Positions 61,401-64,000 of a DNA stretch of 64,000 nucleotides are shown here, piece after piece. The position numbers and the translations under genes are program-made. The notes below the pieces were generated by a model. That model was not told the origin of the DNA, searched no databases, and saw nothing but the letters and a program-made list of their open reading frames with translations. Source of the DNA: Paragordius varius (taxonomy: Eukaryota; Animalia; Nematomorpha); the NCBI GenBank assembly GCA_964247055.1, contig OZ176054.1, positions 5,704,001 to 5,768,000 on the forward strand. The letters are read 5' to 3'. Each line of letters begins with the position of its first letter. Position 1 is the first letter of the stretch.

Positions 61401-64000
61401 TGGATATGATCTCCAAAGTAAATTGACAAAACTTTTCCAATTTACCAGAAAAATTTTTTATGGCAATCGGATTTTGAATTTGTTCCCTCAAAACTACCAG
61501 ATCCTTTTCAACTTTTCGAAAATCATCGAAAATTAAATTGATATTTTGCGGAGCGCAAGATTTAATAAGTGAAATAAATAACGTTTTTTGTCGATTTAAT
61601 TTGGCATTTAGCACATTTGGATTTTGTGGAAATAATATATACTGTAAAATATAAAATTAAGCAAACTTCTTTAATAAGGTATGTGAGGGTATCTTCAATC
61701 TTAAAATTAAGGTTTAGAATAAGAGAATTTTGGCGCATGTTAGAATTGTTGTTAGATTTAAGTATTATAAGATTTGTAGATTGTTTAATACTTTGGCTAT
61801 AATTCAGCTCTTTTATAATTGACACTAAACATTATACTAAATTAGGTAAACCTTTTTGTTCGTAAACATCTTGGATGAGATCCATTATCCATGGGGTTAG
61901 TTCTGTCACATTATACAATACTAAACATTTATTTTGTTGCAAGCAACAATTCGCAATATGTCTGTTGAAATTCTTTATATAAATAAATATAAAAAAATTA
62001 AAAAATTCTGGTTCAACGCAAAATATAAGAAAGAAGCCCGTCACATATAACTCTAGCAGGTTAAAGAATGTCATTTCATTAAATTGGAATAATTTTCGAT
62101 CCTTAATGTTTATTTGATATTTTAATCCGGCATTACTGTTCCTTATTTATTAATTACATAATTTTTATGCGGAAACAGTATATATGGCTTACTACTGACC
62201 CACGTTGTATTTGATTTCCCTAATATACCTACTTTTTGACCTAGGATTAACCAAAACCGTTTGGATACGGTTCTGCAAAATTAATGCGGCACCATAAAGT
62301 TCTAATAACAAAAAATTATTTTTGCGAAAAATTTTTTTGATTCCGTCCCTATTTCAGTGTTTTTGGAAAAATAATAATTGCGCTTTTCATTTTTTTTTGA
62401 AATGATACTTATTTAATTTTAAAGGTATATATTTTGATAAATTATGAATAAATAACTTCAAAAATATTACATTTAAGCTACCCATATTTATAAGTATGCT
62501 ACTTTTCACTGTAAATACTTAAATATATGAGCAATATAAATATAAAGTTAACGTTGCAATTAAAATTCAAAAATGTTGAAGAATCACAAAATTACTTTTA
62601 ACCGTTTTCGGATTTTTTATCACAAAACAGGTGGTTCCGAACCCAGTTCGAATCCCTGTTTTATTTATTTTTATTTAAAACCGGATTTTTAGACGTGTAA
62701 AAAATTACCAATTTTCGTTACATTTTTCTTTTAAAAAATGTAAAAACATACTTGATGATCAAGCAATGCATATGCATTTGGATCGGAAGCAAAAAAGTTG
62801 AACCATACATAATTGTAATCCTCAAAAGTTAAAATATGTGGGACAGTTTTAATCAAAAATAAATAAATCATATTTATGGGGTTAATGCTTATTAATTTTT
62901 CTATTTGGCCCATATCATCTTGTTCTATCAACATGTATCGATATAAATCAATCATTCCTGCCAAATTAAAAAGTCACAATACCAAATTTCTCAAGATTCA
63001 CATTTTTTTCTGACAACAAATCCGCTATAATAGTTATCAAATCTTTAATGGTATCATAGGGGACTACAGTTTCTGTTGTTTCCAAACTTTCTTCCTAAAA
63101 TATAAAATAAATTTCAAAACTTTTTTCCATTTATCTAATTCATTGTTAAATACGGGTATGAGCTCATTCAAAAGTGAAGAGTACGATTCCATATCCTTCA
63201 TAGACGTGTCTAATTGTGTTGTATCCTTTTCCAGTTCAATAATTTTTTCCAACAGTTCATCTCGTTTTGCTAACGTATCATTTAGTTCGGATTCACATTG
63301 TTTTATACTTTCATCCGTTTTATTCTTTTTTCTATTTGGAAATAAAAATTTGATAAAAGAATATGATTATTTAAAGATAAATAAATGACTTACGTATTTA
63401 AGGTGTCTAGCTTATTTGTAAGTGGGGCCATTTCTTGACGCATTTTAGCATACGTATGAATAGTTTTAACCCAAAAAGCCAATGAAGTCACCACAGATGA
63501 AGCATGATGAGCAACCTATATGATAATACATTTTTTCATCTTACGTTTTCTTGAAATGATTTACCATGTTCTTTCAAATGTTTTTCAAAATCTTCTATAT
63601 TTTTTCGTCTTATTTTGAGGACATCAAAATTAAGAATATCCTGTTTAAAGGCCTTTTTCGTTAGCCACCTAGAATAATAGCGTATTATCGGATAAAGTTA
63701 GGTCACACGCAATTTTAATTCAAATTTCGTATATAATAAAACAAACTTTCGCATGTTAATCCATGAAGTATCCTTTACACCAAGCAATTTAGCGATCCCT
63801 TCAATAATATCCCGCACCACTTCAGGCGGATTTTTTAGACTCTTAATTTCATTTAAGTCGTCCTCTTTCAAATTGACAATTTTGCGCTTGGCTTCTTCAA
63901 TTAAGGGTAAAACCTTTTCTAACTCTACATTTAGTAACTGCGTTTGTTCATCCAATATTTTTATGAAATCGTTTTGTTGAGATTTTAATGTTTCTAAATG
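58409..64000 (-). CDS. DYNC2H1: Cytoplasmic dynein-2 heavy chain (IFT dynein), C-terminal part from the stalk/MTBD to the stop; 5' part outside the window
   Basis: LNEIKSLKNPPEVVRDIIEGIAKLLGVKDTSW and ASSVVTSLAFWVK match the dynein-2 microtubule-binding stalk; LSNPFYQFDKSFFIKFF matches the NNMYRFSL region; putative TAG at 58411-58409 after LPIY...GNLSFIV. Exons 3' of the stalk only partly resolved. Confidence 0.82.

Noticed and set aside
62220-62660. Possible hAT MITE in a dynein intron
   Set aside because: Only weak terminal similarity and no matching 8-bp TSD.
62624-62662. tRNA-like GTTCGAATCC (62646-62655) inside an 8-bp hairpin
   Set aside because: The T-stem does not pair and there are no D or anticodon arms; at most a B-box-like word in an intronic repeat.
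3186-63980. Many 60-110-aa ORFs in the supplied track (e.g. 3186-3380, 3587-3799, 16940-17179, 19635-19823, 32586-32813, 44965-45210, 63753-63980)
   Set aside because: Most are antisense or off-frame shadows of real exons or TE ORFs, or exon-plus-intron read-through; 3186-3380 is intronic with no recognisable product. None has independent support.

Overview
Very AT-rich metazoan (invertebrate-type) nuclear DNA; not prokaryotic, and no CRISPR, rRNA or tRNA genes were seen. Three zones. (1) 1-23 kb: a spliced ankyrin gene on the minus strand (24 ANK repeats, ZU5-ZU5-UPA; its 3' end was not located in this window) lies head-to-head with the splicing factor RBM22. The 3.6-kb ANK/ZU5 linker intron holds an unexplained 322-aa same-strand ORF and a candidate alternative exon. 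(2) about 24.7-43.8 kb: a transposon field with no recognisable host gene. It contains a TSD-flanked decayed hAT transposon, hAT MITEs, a near full-length RTE-type LINE, long-TIR foldback MITEs (two starting with CACAGTG/CACAATG, the Transib/RAG-RSS-type terminus) and a Ty3/Gypsy LTR element inside a nested stack. (3) 44-64 kb: two intronless tandem SLC16/MCT-like genes, a degenerate ~160-bp satellite, mariner and LINE relics, then an ultra-compact block of NPRL3-like (-), ARHGAP1/8-like RhoGAP (+) and a divergent dynein-2 heavy chain (-). The strongest signal is a population of ultra-short GT-AG introns (21-29 nt; all six NPRL3 introns can be modelled at 21-27 nt) coexisting with kb-scale introns. 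The NPRL3 and RhoGAP start codons are only 53 bp apart. All gene models were built by hand from translation and remembered homology; no database search was run.
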